A DNA stretch of 64,000 nucleotides. Source: Nanobdellota archaeon. GTDB lineage: Archaea > Nanobdellota > Nanobdellia > CSSed11-243R1. This document shows, piece after piece, positions 1-8,132 of this stretch. Made by a program: the position numbers and the translations under genes. Positions within the stretch are counted from its first letter, which is position 1. Every line of letters begins with the position of its first letter. Where the stretch lies: contig JAGGWW010000007.1 of NCBI GenBank assembly GCA_021163365.1, forward strand, positions 13,929 through 77,928. Direction: 5' to 3'. Below the pieces are notes generated by a model. That model was not told the origin of the DNA and made no database searches. It worked only from the letters and a program-made list of their open reading frames with translations.

Positions 1-2
1 AA

Positions 3-122
3 AGAGGTGTTTTGTTCGGAGAGGATTTTGTTAAAAACATTGTTCCTCATTTAACTCAAATTAAAAATGCAAGAATTGGTGGTGGCGACCCACTTAAAGG
101 GTTTTTAAAAAGTTTAACGTAG
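3..122 (+). CDS. 3' end of an upstream gene, unknown product (the window starts inside it)
   Basis: Frame 3 stays open from the window edge to TAG at 120-122 (…RGVLFGEDFVKNIVPHLTQIKNARIGGGDPLKGFLKSLT*). No family recognised. Confidence 0.3.
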   Translation, partial: RGVLFGEDFVKNIVPHLTQIKNARIGGGDPLKGFLKSLT

Positions 123-506
123 TAAAGTTTCACACTCATATTCTTTTGGCTTTAGTTCTTCTATTAATAACTCAAGAGCTTTGTTTGCTTTTTCTTCATG
201 ATTCCCACCGCCATCAATACTACATGTAAATATATCAATTAAAGCAGCGCCTTTTTCCGGCCATGTGTGAATAGATAAGTGGGATTCTGAAAGAACAATC
301 ATTGCACTAACACCATATGGCTCAAATTGATGATAAACACTGTTAACAGCATGTAAATCCGCATTTTCTATAACTCTTTCAAGAATTGGTTTTAAATTTT
401 CCACATAATCTATTTTATCTTGAGAAACACCATAAAAATTTGAAGCAATATGGGTTCCAACTCTGGTGTAACCTTCCTTTGTTAAGGTTACTACCATCTT
501 CATCAC
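114..506 (-). CDS. speH: S-adenosylmethionine decarboxylase proenzyme (pyruvoyl-dependent, archaeal SpeH type)
   Basis: 130 aa with the self-cleavage motif VLSESHLSIHTWPE. Size and motif are typical of archaeal/bacterial class-1 AdoMetDC. Confidence 0.85.
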   Translation of the reverse strand: MMKMVVTLTKEGYTRVGTHIASNFYGVSQDKIDYVENLKPILERVIENADLHAVNSVYHQFEPYGVSAMIVLSESHLSIHTWPEKGAALIDIFTCSIDGGGNHEEKANKALELLIEELKPKEYECETLLR

Positions 507-565
507 CCATTTCTTCCATGGAAATTTTCACATAGTTGCTCTTTTAAAACTTTTCTATCAAGTCT

Positions 566-580
566 CGCAAAGTTTATAAA
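566..580 (+). promoter_or_regulatory. Candidate archaeal BRE/TATA promoter (CGCAAAG-TTTATAAA) for the gene at 628
   Basis: TATA-like TTTATAAA at 573-580 is preceded by the purine-rich CGCAAAG. It lies about 50 nt upstream of the ATG. A GGGGG Shine-Dalgarno-like element sits at 614-618. Confidence 0.4.
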
Positions 581-627
581 AAGAAGGCTTCTCAATGAAT
601 TTAGTTAGTTAAAGGGGGTAAGCTAAA

Positions 628-804
628 ATGGCTGAATTGTTAGTTGTCGGCTCAAAAGTAAGAAATGTAATTAAAAAAGCAAAATGTAACATGTCTGGAG
701 ATTTTATAAAAGCACTTTCAAAAGAAGTTGAGAACTTGGTTAAAAAAGCATGCATGAGAGCAAAAGCAAACAAGAGAAAAACAGTTAGAGCAGCTGATTT
801 GTAA
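628..804 (+). CDS. Small histone-fold-like protein (58 aa), tandem paralogue 1
   Basis: ORF below the 60-aa track cutoff: MAELLVVGSKVRNVIKKAKCNMSGDFIKALSKEVENLVKKACMRAKANKRKTVRAADL. It shares LVVGSKV…SGD.I.AL.K.VE.L…A..RAKANGRKT…DL with the next gene. The C-terminal RAKAN(K/G)RKT(V/M)…DL resembles the archaeal histone 'AGRKTIKAEDI' region. An SD-like GGGGGT lies upstream. Confidence 0.5.
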   Translation: MAELLVVGSKVRNVIKKAKCNMSGDFIKALSKEVENLVKKACMRAKANKRKTVRAADL

Positions 805-858
805 TCTTCTCAGCTGCATTTCTTTTTTATTTTTTGGTGATAAGTTCTTTCTAAGAAA

Positions 859-1041
859 ATGGATGGTGATAAGATGTTAGTTGTTGGTTCGAAAGTAAAG
901 GAGTATGTGAAATCAAAAGGGTTAAATTCTTCAGGAGATTTAATTGAAGCATTAAATAAAAAAGTTGAAAAATTGCTTGATGAAGCAGCAGAAAGAACAA
1001 AAGCAAATGGAAGAAAAACAATGAGGCCAGAAGATTTGTAA
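859..1041 (+). CDS. Small histone-fold-like protein (60 aa), tandem paralogue 2
   Basis: MDGDKMLVVGSKVKEYVKSKGLNSSGDLIEALNKKVEKLLDEAAERTKANGRKTMRPEDL. Paralogous to 628..804. Basic, histone-fold-like (DUF1931-like short archaeal histone-fold proteins). Confidence 0.5.
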   Translation: MDGDKMLVVGSKVKEYVKSKGLNSSGDLIEALNKKVEKLLDEAAERTKANGRKTMRPEDL

Positions 1042-1064
1042 TCTTCTTTTTTCTATTTCTTTAA

Positions 1065-1080
1065 GCGAAAGATTTATAAG
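1065..1080 (+). promoter_or_regulatory. Candidate BRE/TATA promoter (GCGAAAG-A-TTTATAAG) for the MoxR/VWA operon
   Basis: Same architecture as the element at 566-580 (CG[C]AAAG then TTTATAA). About 54 nt upstream of the ATG at 1134. GGTGGTGAGG SD-like element directly before the ATG. Confidence 0.4.
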
Positions 1081-1133
1081 CAGTCCTTTAGTAGTATTTA
1101 CTACTTATAAGTGATATAGATTGGTGGTGAGGA

Positions 1134-2465
1134 ATGGATACAAGGGAAAAGTTAAATAATCTTATTACTATTGTGGGTGAAAACTTCTATGGTGAGAGAA
1201 AGCCTGTTGAATTAATATTTGCTTCTTTGCTTTCTGAAGAAAATGTAATGTTATATGGACAAAAAGGTACTGGTAAAACAACATTAGCAATAAATGTGAT
1301 AAGTGCTCTTTATTCTTTTCCAACAAAATTTGTTGGAGAAGCCACTCTTCAAGGAAGTGTGACAAATCCAACAACACTTTTTGCAGCTCCAAAGTTAGAT
1401 AAGTTAAGAGAAGAAGGAGAGTATGAATATGTTTTAAGAAAAACACCATTTGTTTTTGCAGGAAGACTTATAGATGAAGTAAACAGGGGTGATTCAGGAA
1501 CTCAAAATATTCTCATTCCGATGTTGGATGAGAGAAGAGAATACATTGTAAATGGTATGCCTGTGGGAAATGCTCTTGATGCATATATTGGCACTGTAAA
1601 TGTTAATGGAACTGGAACCTATCAAATAAGCGAACAACTTGCAGATAGATTTGGTGTTTGGATATTTTTAATGCCCAGATATGTTTCAAATATTAATTTA
1701 AAAGGTAACAAAAGAGAACAACTTGAAGATATTCTTGGTAGTGGAGAAGATGAAGAACTTTGCAAAAAGTTCATTGAAGCTATTGATAATAAAAAAACAT
1801 TAGGAGAAGTTAGGGGAAACATGAATGAGCTTAGAAAGGAATACGCAGAAAAGTATAACACAATCTCTCCAGATGAATTAAATGAAATAAAACATGAGAT
1901 AAACAGCATTAGAGAAAAACTTTCAAACAAAATTGAAACAACTTTGTTCCCAGTAGTTTACACATCTATTTACTTTACAAATGCAAATTCACATGAAACT
2001 GGAGCAAAGCCATATCTTGGATATGTGGATTTAAAAAATACAAGCAAAAGGCCAGAAATAACAATTAAGAAGTTAATACCATCCTTAATATATTCAAGGG
2101 GGCGCGATGTAAACAATATAAGTGAAAAGGAAATTGAGAACATTGTTTGGGAATTGCTTCCTCATGTTATTGCAAGAGAAATAAGCATTACTCAAAATGG
2201 TTTAGACTTCTTAAAACAAAAGTATGAAAATGAAGAAATATCTGGGCGTATTTACAAAAGCGAAGAAGGGAAAAAATGGTTTATGGCAAAATATGTAATT
2301 AATAGCTTAAGAACAGATTACAATAGAGAAAGAGATGTTTTAATAAATGAATTTAAAGAAATAATGGAAAAAATTGAGGAAGATTCAAAGGTTCAAATTG
2401 ATACAAGAAAAATGCACATTGTTATTAAAGAAATCGTGCGCGACTTACAAAGGTGGGGTGCTTGA
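1134..2465 (+). CDS. MoxR-like AAA+ ATPase
   Basis: Walker A GQKGTGKT. Walker B/sensor LIDEVNRGDSGTQN, as in MoxR/AAA_3/AAA_5 'DEINRA' proteins. Followed, with a 13-nt overlap, by a VWA protein (a classic MoxR-VWA pair). Confidence 0.8.
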   Translation: MDTREKLNNLITIVGENFYGERKPVELIFASLLSEENVMLYGQKGTGKTTLAINVISALYSFPTKFVGEATLQGSVTNPTTLFAAPKLDKLREEGEYEYVLRKTPFVFAGRLIDEVNRGDSGTQNILIPMLDERREYIVNGMPVGNALDAYIGTVNVNGTGTYQISEQLADRFGVWIFLMPRYVSNINLKGNKREQLEDILGSGEDEELCKKFIEAIDNKKTLGEVRGNMNELRKEYAEKYNTISPDELNEIKHEINSIREKLSNKIETTLFPVVYTSIYFTNANSHETGAKPYLGYVDLKNTSKRPEITIKKLIPSLIYSRGRDVNNISEKEIENIVWELLPHVIAREISITQNGLDFLKQKYENEEISGRIYKSEEGKKWFMAKYVINSLRTDYNRERDVLINEFKEIMEKIEEDSKVQIDTRKMHIVIKEIVRDLQRWGA

Positions 2466-3937
2466 ATCAAGAATTAGTCGATGAGGTTAAAGAATACTTT
2501 TGGGAGAAATATATACTTCAACCACCAAGGACAAAGTTAGTGCCTCCTGATGCTAAGTCTCCAGACTTTATAGAATTTTCTCCTGGAGAGTATGTTATTT
2601 ACACAAAAGGATTAAACAAAGGTGTTGTAGCACACGAAATAACTCATTATAGATACTGGGGTTATTCTTTTTACGATGCTTTGATTGCTGAGATTTTTAT
2701 GGGAAAACATTTTAAAAATAAGGCACGCACTTTATTAAGCTATATTGATGATATAATCGCAAATTTAGAGATGGCAAGACAAGGAGATTATATTGATGAC
2801 TTGGCGGATTACTATCATGATGATGTTAAGAGTGCAGAAAAGATTTCTCCAATAAACAAGGTTTTCTTAGCTTTTCTTACATATAAAACAGGATATGACT
2901 TTGGTATTTCTCCAAACGAACTTGATAAGAACTTAAAGAAAAAGATTGAAGAATTAGATAAAATAAATTGGGAACTTGATTTAAATGACAGGCTTGGCTC
3001 TGCTATTAACATATTGTACAATGCTGGAAAAATCCTTGAAGATTTAGTAAAAGAACCTGAAGACGAAGACCTTCATAAGACTAAGATAAAATTTGATGAA
3101 AATGAGATTCCAGAAATCATGGACAAGGTAAAAAGAGATTATCCGAATTATTCAAAAATTGTAGAGGAGTATTTTAATAACAAGCCAGAATTAAGAGAAC
3201 AATTAGATTTGTGGAGATATAAAAATGAACTAAGTAAATATGAGATTAAAATAGTTGGAAAACACCAGTTTGGGAAAAGTGGAAATATAATCAATGGATT
3301 TAAAAAATGGAATGGTGGTGAATTTGACCCAATAAATAGTTTGGGTGTTTTACCTGGCGAATTACCAGGAGACCCAACAGTTGTTGAGCCGATGTTCAAA
3401 GAAAGTTTAATATATGAAAAAAACGAAGTGGATATACCAAATGCTTTTATTATCCTTGATGCATCAAGCTCTATGAGAGGAAACTTTCCAATGCCGCAAA
3501 TTGTTGCTGCCATGCTCTTAGCTAAGGAATATTTATTTAACGATAGGTATGTTGCTGTTGCAACATTTGGTTCACCTGGAACAACAGAGGTTTTTGATTA
3601 CAGTAACAATGAGATGGAAGTTTATAGAAAACTTGTTAGAAACCCAGATGGCAGCACACATCTGGATTTAGACAAAGTTGAAAATATTTTATGGAAAAAG
3701 AAAGGGGTTGATACGTATCTTATTACAGATAGTCCGGGAGGTGGATGGGACAACCTTGTTGATACTTTGTCTTTGCTAAACACACAACGTTCTAGAGGAA
3801 ACGAAGTTTGGGTTTTTTGGGTGAATCCAAATGGGATACCTGATATCGCGAGGAGTTACAAAAACATCAATTATGTTTCTATTAAAAACATAAATGACCT
3901 TGTTCAATTAGTAATTAATAGGGAAAGAAGATTTTAA
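2453..3937 (+). CDS. von Willebrand factor A (VWA) domain protein with an N-terminal HExxH metalloprotease-like motif
   Basis: C-terminal MIDAS motif AFIILDASSSMRG (DxSxS). The N-terminus carries VAHEITHY (HExxH). Start overlaps the stop of the MoxR gene. Confidence 0.7.
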   Translation: MGCLNQELVDEVKEYFWEKYILQPPRTKLVPPDAKSPDFIEFSPGEYVIYTKGLNKGVVAHEITHYRYWGYSFYDALIAEIFMGKHFKNKARTLLSYIDDIIANLEMARQGDYIDDLADYYHDDVKSAEKISPINKVFLAFLTYKTGYDFGISPNELDKNLKKKIEELDKINWELDLNDRLGSAINILYNAGKILEDLVKEPEDEDLHKTKIKFDENEIPEIMDKVKRDYPNYSKIVEEYFNNKPELREQLDLWRYKNELSKYEIKIVGKHQFGKSGNIINGFKKWNGGEFDPINSLGVLPGELPGDPTVVEPMFKESLIYEKNEVDIPNAFIILDASSSMRGNFPMPQIVAAMLLAKEYLFNDRYVAVATFGSPGTTEVFDYSNNEMEVYRKLVRNPDGSTHLDLDKVENILWKKKGVDTYLITDSPGGGWDNLVDTLSLLNTQRSRGNEVWVFWVNPNGIPDIARSYKNINYVSIKNINDLVQLVINRERRF

Positions 3938-3958
3938 TCAACCTTTAAAAATAAAAAA

Positions 3959-4714
3959 TTAAATAAAGCCGAAAGTTACACTGACTGTTGCAGAAAACTT
4001 TATCTCTCCTGGTGTTATTTCTGTTTCTGCTGGAGCGCCAGTTGCTACTCCTGCTAACATATATCTTGGCATGTCATAACCGATGTAACTGATTCTTTCT
4101 TCTTGTATACTTTTTATTTCAACAATTTCAATTCCAAGCCCTTGTGCAATTGCTTCTGCTTTTTCTTTTGCGTTTTGTCCAGCAAGCTTTAATGCTTCTT
4201 TTCTTAACTCGATTTGTTTTTCGTCGCTTAACCCAAATCTTACCCTATCTACCCTATTTGCTCCTGCATTAACTGCTGTGTCAATTATTTTTCCAGCATT
4301 GTTTATATTCTTACTCTTGATTCTTATTGTGTGTACTGTCTTATATCCAACTATTTTACTTGTTCCATTCTCCCATTTTATATCTGGATAAATATTGTAA
4401 TTTGTTGTTTTGATATCACTTATCCCAATTCCTCTTAATGCATTCCTAACTGATTGCATTTTATTTGCATTTTCTTGTTGCGAATCTTTAGCGCTTAAAG
4501 AATGCGTCTCAACTGTTATGTAGATGTAAACAACATCTGGATTTTCGTATAAAGTTGCTGTTCCTCTCACTGTTAATGGTTTTGTTGTTATGTTTTCATC
4601 TAGCTTTTGCCATGTTTGTTCTTGTGAAAACCAAACTGCGCTTGCCTGACTAAAAATTAAAGCAACGGCAATTGCTCCGAATAAAATTGTGTAAAACATT
4701 TTTTGATTGCTCAT
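3959..4714 (-). CDS. SIMPL/BP26 (DUF541) family secreted protein
   Basis: Internal start MSNQKMFYTILFGAIAVALIFSQASA gives a signal peptide. The body matches the SIMPL/26-kDa periplasmic protein family layout. The ORF-track N-terminal extension to 4855 lacks a signal peptide and is probably not translated. Confidence 0.55.
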   Translation of the reverse strand: MSNQKMFYTILFGAIAVALIFSQASAVWFSQEQTWQKLDENITTKPLTVRGTATLYENPDVVYIYITVETHSLSAKDSQQENANKMQSVRNALRGIGISDIKTTNYNIYPDIKWENGTSKIVGYKTVHTIRIKSKNINNAGKIIDTAVNAGANRVDRVRFGLSDEKQIELRKEALKLAGQNAKEKAEAIAQGLGIEIVEIKSIQEERISYIGYDMPRYMLAGVATGAPAETEITPGEIKFSATVSVTFGFI

Positions 4715-4898
4715 TTTTATCACCCAAGACTTAAATCTTGTGGAAGTATATAAAGAAGAGGTAAACTTCAAAATAAATTGAAGTTTAGAAATGCTTCTCA
4801 CAAATATTATCAACACACTTACATTTGAAAGGTAACTCATAGAGTGTGATTCCAATTAGCTAAAGAGAACCCACAATTACAAGCCAAGCAACAAATAT

Positions 4899-5249
4899 TT
4901 ATCTGTTCAATGTCCTCTGAAAATATTTGACTCCTTTTTGGGTGTTCCATAAAAGAGTGTAAACTAAAAGAGGTAGTTCTATGTAATGTTCATTATGCAT
5001 TGACATGCTAGCATACACAACAGCTTCTTTATGTATAAAAAAATTGTAAAGAATATCTTCAGCCAAAAGCCCCAAAATCGTAATTGTTGATGTATAGCCG
5101 AGTATGTTTAAATATTCTCTTATCTGGACATTCCCAATACAATGATTTAGTATATCATTTAATTTTAGCCCTTTCATCTTTTCCTCACTAAATAAGCTGT
5201 TATAAAAATCAATGTTGTAAAAACAGCTCCCAAAAAGAAAATGAACCAT
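4899..5249 (-). CDS. Hypothetical protein (116 aa)
   Basis: ORF only. It overlaps the 3' end of the next gene and is weakly supported. Confidence 0.25.
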   Translation of the reverse strand: MVHFLFGSCFYNIDFYNSLFSEEKMKGLKLNDILNHCIGNVQIREYLNILGYTSTITILGLLAEDILYNFFIHKEAVVYASMSMHNEHYIELPLLVYTLLWNTQKGVKYFQRTLNR

Positions 5250-5740
5250 GGTTGCTGGTAAAATGCTATTTTTGTGGTTTCATAAACAGCTGTAGCACTT
5301 GCTGTTGGAGCTTCTGCACCTGTCATTGTTACTGCCTTTTTAATTGGTTTTGTGAAGAGTGTCTGCCCCAAGAACCCAGCAAATATTGAGAGTCCAAGAG
5401 CTATAGGAATGACAAAATTATTTTTAAGCACACTTAGAATGGATTCTTTTTCTTTTTCAGGTGCAAGTATTATTAGCTTCTTAGCTGGCTCATAATAAAG
5501 TATCTTTTTACCTTTTTCAGAATACCTATATGCTGTGTCTTTTATTAAATTAACACCTTTTAGCAAGTCAAGATTGTATTGAACTGTTGACATTGGAAGA
5601 TTTAATTCTTTTGCTATTTCGCTTGCTGACATTCTTTTTTCAGAGAGCTTATTTAGGATTTTAATTGCTGTTTCATTTGAAAGCACTCTTGCTATTTCTT
5701 TACTTTCTTTTGTCATAGAAAGAACAACAAATTTATCCAT
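5174..5740 (-). CDS. ArsR-type winged-HTH protein with C-terminal transmembrane segments
   Basis: N-terminal wHTH (ETAIKILNKLSEKRMSASEIAKELNLPMSTVQYNLDLLKGVNLI). Two hydrophobic helices in the C-terminal half. Confidence 0.55.
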   Translation of the reverse strand: MDKFVVLSMTKESKEIARVLSNETAIKILNKLSEKRMSASEIAKELNLPMSTVQYNLDLLKGVNLIKDTAYRYSEKGKKILYYEPAKKLIILAPEKEKESILSVLKNNFVIPIALGLSIFAGFLGQTLFTKPIKKAVTMTGAEAPTASATAVYETTKIAFYQQPWFIFFLGAVFTTLIFITAYLVRKR

Positions 5741-5800
5741 AATGATAACAAAAGATAGCTGTTTTTAAATAGGTTTTTAAAACTTCAAAATTCTTTGAAC

Positions 5801-6250
5801 CTATTCTCTATGAATCACTATCATTGATTGGGTTTTGTCAACGCCTTCTAAAAGCTGTAGTTTTCCAAGCAATACTTTGTCAAATTCTTCAACATCTTTA
5901 ACTCTTATTACAACAACAATATCTGCGCCACCAGAAACAATATCAACCCTCTCAACAAAGTGAAATTTTCTAATCTCCTTTGCCAAATCATATTGTGTTT
6001 TTTTCTTTTGCTTTAATAGATGAAGATTTACAGATACAAGTACATACGCTACAAAATTTTTTTCTAATTTTTTATAATCTAATTCAATTGTGAATTTTTT
6101 AATCACTCCTTCTTGTTTTAATTTTTTAATTCTTCTATGAACTGTTGTTGGTGGAACTCCTATTTTTCTTGCAATTTGTCTAACTGTGTAGTCACCATGC
6201 TCTTTAAGAATCTGTAATATCTTTAAATCAGTTTCATCTATCTTAGCCAC
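5801..6250 (-). CDS. lrp: Lrp/AsnC-family transcriptional regulator
   Basis: MAKIDETDLKILQILKEHGDYTVRQIARKIGVPPTTVHRRIKKLKQEGVIKKFT… followed by a RAM domain. Canonical AsnC HTH. Confidence 0.85.
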   Translation of the reverse strand: MAKIDETDLKILQILKEHGDYTVRQIARKIGVPPTTVHRRIKKLKQEGVIKKFTIELDYKKLEKNFVAYVLVSVNLHLLKQKKKTQYDLAKEIRKFHFVERVDIVSGGADIVVVIRVKDVEEFDKVLLGKLQLLEGVDKTQSMIVIHRE

Positions 6251-6339
6251 AATAGAACATATGTTTCATCTATTATATAAATATTTCGATTTTTTGCAAT
6301 TTTTCCCATAAAATTTGGAATAGATTTAAAAAGAATATT

Positions 6340-6756
6340 TTGGTGATATTCTCAGGAGGTGGTAAAATGAAAGAAGCATATTTTGCTCTTATTGCAATAC
6401 CAAAAGGAAAAGATGTTGAAAAAGAATTGGAATTAGCAAAAAAAGCAATTGGAGTAGAACCAATGTTAGAAGAACACTTGTATGCTGTTGCTGCTACTGG
6501 GGGGCTTTCAACAGATGCACTTCCAATTAGCCCGCAAGAAAGAGTAGGAGGAGATGGAACTGTTTATTCGTGCTTTATGTTCCCGCTTGGAGAATCTGGA
6601 AAAGGATTGGAGGACATAATGCAAGAATTAAAAGATAAGCTTGGAGAAAAAAAGGAATTGCTAAAAGGTGTTTATAGAATTGTTGCAACAGATGTTCCTG
6701 AAGGATATAAGATCATTAGAAAATTACCATGCGGCATAATTGATTTGTGGAGTTAA
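6340..6756 (+). CDS. Hypothetical protein (about 130 aa; likely start at MKEAYFALIA)
   Basis: ORF with reasonable codon usage. No family recognised. Confidence 0.4.
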   Translation: MVIFSGGGKMKEAYFALIAIPKGKDVEKELELAKKAIGVEPMLEEHLYAVAATGGLSTDALPISPQERVGGDGTVYSCFMFPLGESGKGLEDIMQELKDKLGEKKELLKGVYRIVATDVPEGYKIIRKLPCGIIDLWS

Positions 6757-6757
6757 A

Positions 6758-6829
6758 AAAAGATTTGGAGGGTGCGGCGAGTCGGAGGTAAGCTGATGAG
6801 GTAGAGAACGCGGAGCGCCCTCCAAATCA
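6758..6829 (+). ncRNA. GC-rich 14-bp stem / 43-nt loop hairpin (candidate small RNA or transcript-end structure) containing CUGAUGA
   Basis: gatttggagggtgc…gcgccctccaaatc pair over 14 bp with one G-U. The loop holds a C-box-like CUGAUGA and GAG. It is about 60 % GC in a genome of about 30 % GC. It lies directly 3' of the gene ending at 6756. Confidence 0.35.
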
Positions 6830-6905
6830 AAATATAATAAATCAATTTTAATTTATAAATCTTTTGATTTGTTACTACTTATAAAAAGTTACAGATATAC
6901 TAAAC

Positions 6906-6917
6906 CTTTATATATTA
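6906..6917 (+). promoter_or_regulatory. Candidate TATA box (CTTTATATATTA) for a leaderless rpl21e-rpoF-DUF655 operon
   Basis: An AT-rich TATA-like element about 25 nt upstream of the ATG at 6937. No SD, consistent with a leaderless archaeal transcript. Confidence 0.35.
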
Positions 6918-6936
6918 CCCCTTTATTGAAATTTTC

Positions 6937-7227
6937 ATGGTAGTACGTTCGCATGGGTTTAGGATAGGCACAAGAAGGAAGCTAAGGAAGAAAATAAGAG
7001 AAAAAGGAAAAATTAGCATTAGAAAGGCTTTACAAAAATTTGAAATAGGCGATAAGGTAGTTATTGATGTGGAACCAGCTTATCATAAAGCAATGCCATA
7101 TAAGAGATTTTTCGGAAAACACGGAGTAGTCATAGAACAAAGGGGAAAATCCTATGTTGTTGAAGTAAAAGATGGAAGAAAAACAAAGCAAATAATTTGC
7201 GCTCCAATTCATCTTAAAAAGATTTAA
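6937..7227 (+). CDS. rpl21e: 50S ribosomal protein L21e
   Basis: MVVRSHGFRIGTRRKLRKKIREKGKISIRKALQKFEIGDKVVIDVEP…: characteristic L21e sequence. Heads the conserved archaeal L21e-RpoF-DUF655 operon. Confidence 0.9.
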   Translation: MVVRSHGFRIGTRRKLRKKIREKGKISIRKALQKFEIGDKVVIDVEPAYHKAMPYKRFFGKHGVVIEQRGKSYVVEVKDGRKTKQIICAPIHLKKI

Positions 7228-7230
7228 AGG

Positions 7231-7578
7231 GTGTTTATTATGAATGTTGATTATGAAATACTCAAAGAGGAATTTATTCCAATAGCAAAAGTAAAAGAAA
7301 TTTTAGACAAAATAAAGGACAAGAATTATGAGCAAAAACTTGCATATGAACATGCAAAAAAATTTTCAAAGCTTGATGTTAAAAAAGCAGAAGCTTTAAT
7401 TAAAGAGCTTTCAGAATTACAAATGAGGAAACTAAAAGATGACCAAATAGTTAAAATCGTTGATTTAATGCCAAAGGATGTTGAGGATTTAAAAGTTATT
7501 TTAGCAAAATCTCAAATACCATTCAAAGATGAGGAGCTTAATAAAATAATGGAAATAGTGAAAAAATATGAGAAGTGA
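7231..7578 (+). CDS. rpoF: DNA-directed RNA polymerase subunit F (Rpo4/RpoF)
   Basis: 115-aa helical protein immediately downstream of L21e, in the conserved position of rpoF in archaeal genomes. Rpb4-like K/E-rich helical profile. Confidence 0.65.
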   Translation: MFIMNVDYEILKEEFIPIAKVKEILDKIKDKNYEQKLAYEHAKKFSKLDVKKAEALIKELSELQMRKLKDDQIVKIVDLMPKDVEDLKVILAKSQIPFKDEELNKIMEIVKKYEK

Positions 7579-8132
7579 TTTTTATGATAAAACAAACACC
7601 AAGAGAGGAATATGGAATAGTGCTGGATTTCCTACCTCATGGGCACGCGAATTCAAAAGACAGAATTCCTATAGCTCAAGTTCTTGGTGAAAAGCACTTA
7701 ATCCTTCTTGAAGTTGTTCCAAGAAAGGGTGTATTTCTTAAACCAGGAGAAAGAGTTTACATAGGGCCGGAAAAAAGAGAAAAAGTTCATCATGTTGCTG
7801 GAAGAATCCATTTTAATAAATTAACAGAAACAGCTAAAATGGAGCTTGAAAATGTTATAAACAAATTAGTTGAAGAAAGAGAAAAAGAGTTTGTTGAGTT
7901 CTTTAATAAATGTGGACCAATTTCTACAAGACTTCACACACTTGAGATTTTGCCAGGAATTGGTAAAAAACATATGTGGGACATTCTTGAGGCAAGAAAG
8001 GAAAAGCCATTTGAGTCATTTGAAGATATTAAGAAAAGAGTTAAGCTTATTCCAGACCCAAAGCAAAGCATTGTAAGAAGAATATTGGAAGAATTACAAG
8101 AAAAAGATAAATACAAATTATTTGTTGGTTAA
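7575..8132 (+). CDS. DUF655-family putative RNA-binding protein (conserved partner of the L21e/RpoF operon)
   Basis: REEYGIVLDFLPHGH…ILPGIGKKHMWDILEARK…: an OB-like N-terminus plus helix-hairpin-helix, as in DUF655. ATGA start/stop overlap with rpoF. Confidence 0.7.
   Translation: MIFMIKQTPREEYGIVLDFLPHGHANSKDRIPIAQVLGEKHLILLEVVPRKGVFLKPGERVYIGPEKREKVHHVAGRIHFNKLTETAKMELENVINKLVEEREKEFVEFFNKCGPISTRLHTLEILPGIGKKHMWDILEARKEKPFESFEDIKKRVKLIPDPKQSIVRRILEELQEKDKYKLFVG

Noticed and set aside
1168-1930. Antisense ORFs 1168..1449 and 1622..1930 (minus)
   Set aside because: Fully embedded antisense within the well-supported MoxR ATPase gene. Leu/Phe/Ser-rich composition is typical of the reverse frame of K/E-rich genes.
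7870-8116. Short ORFs 7870..8076 (plus) and 7934..8116 (minus) inside the DUF655 gene
   Set aside because: Alternative-frame or antisense ORFs inside a conserved gene, with no independent support.
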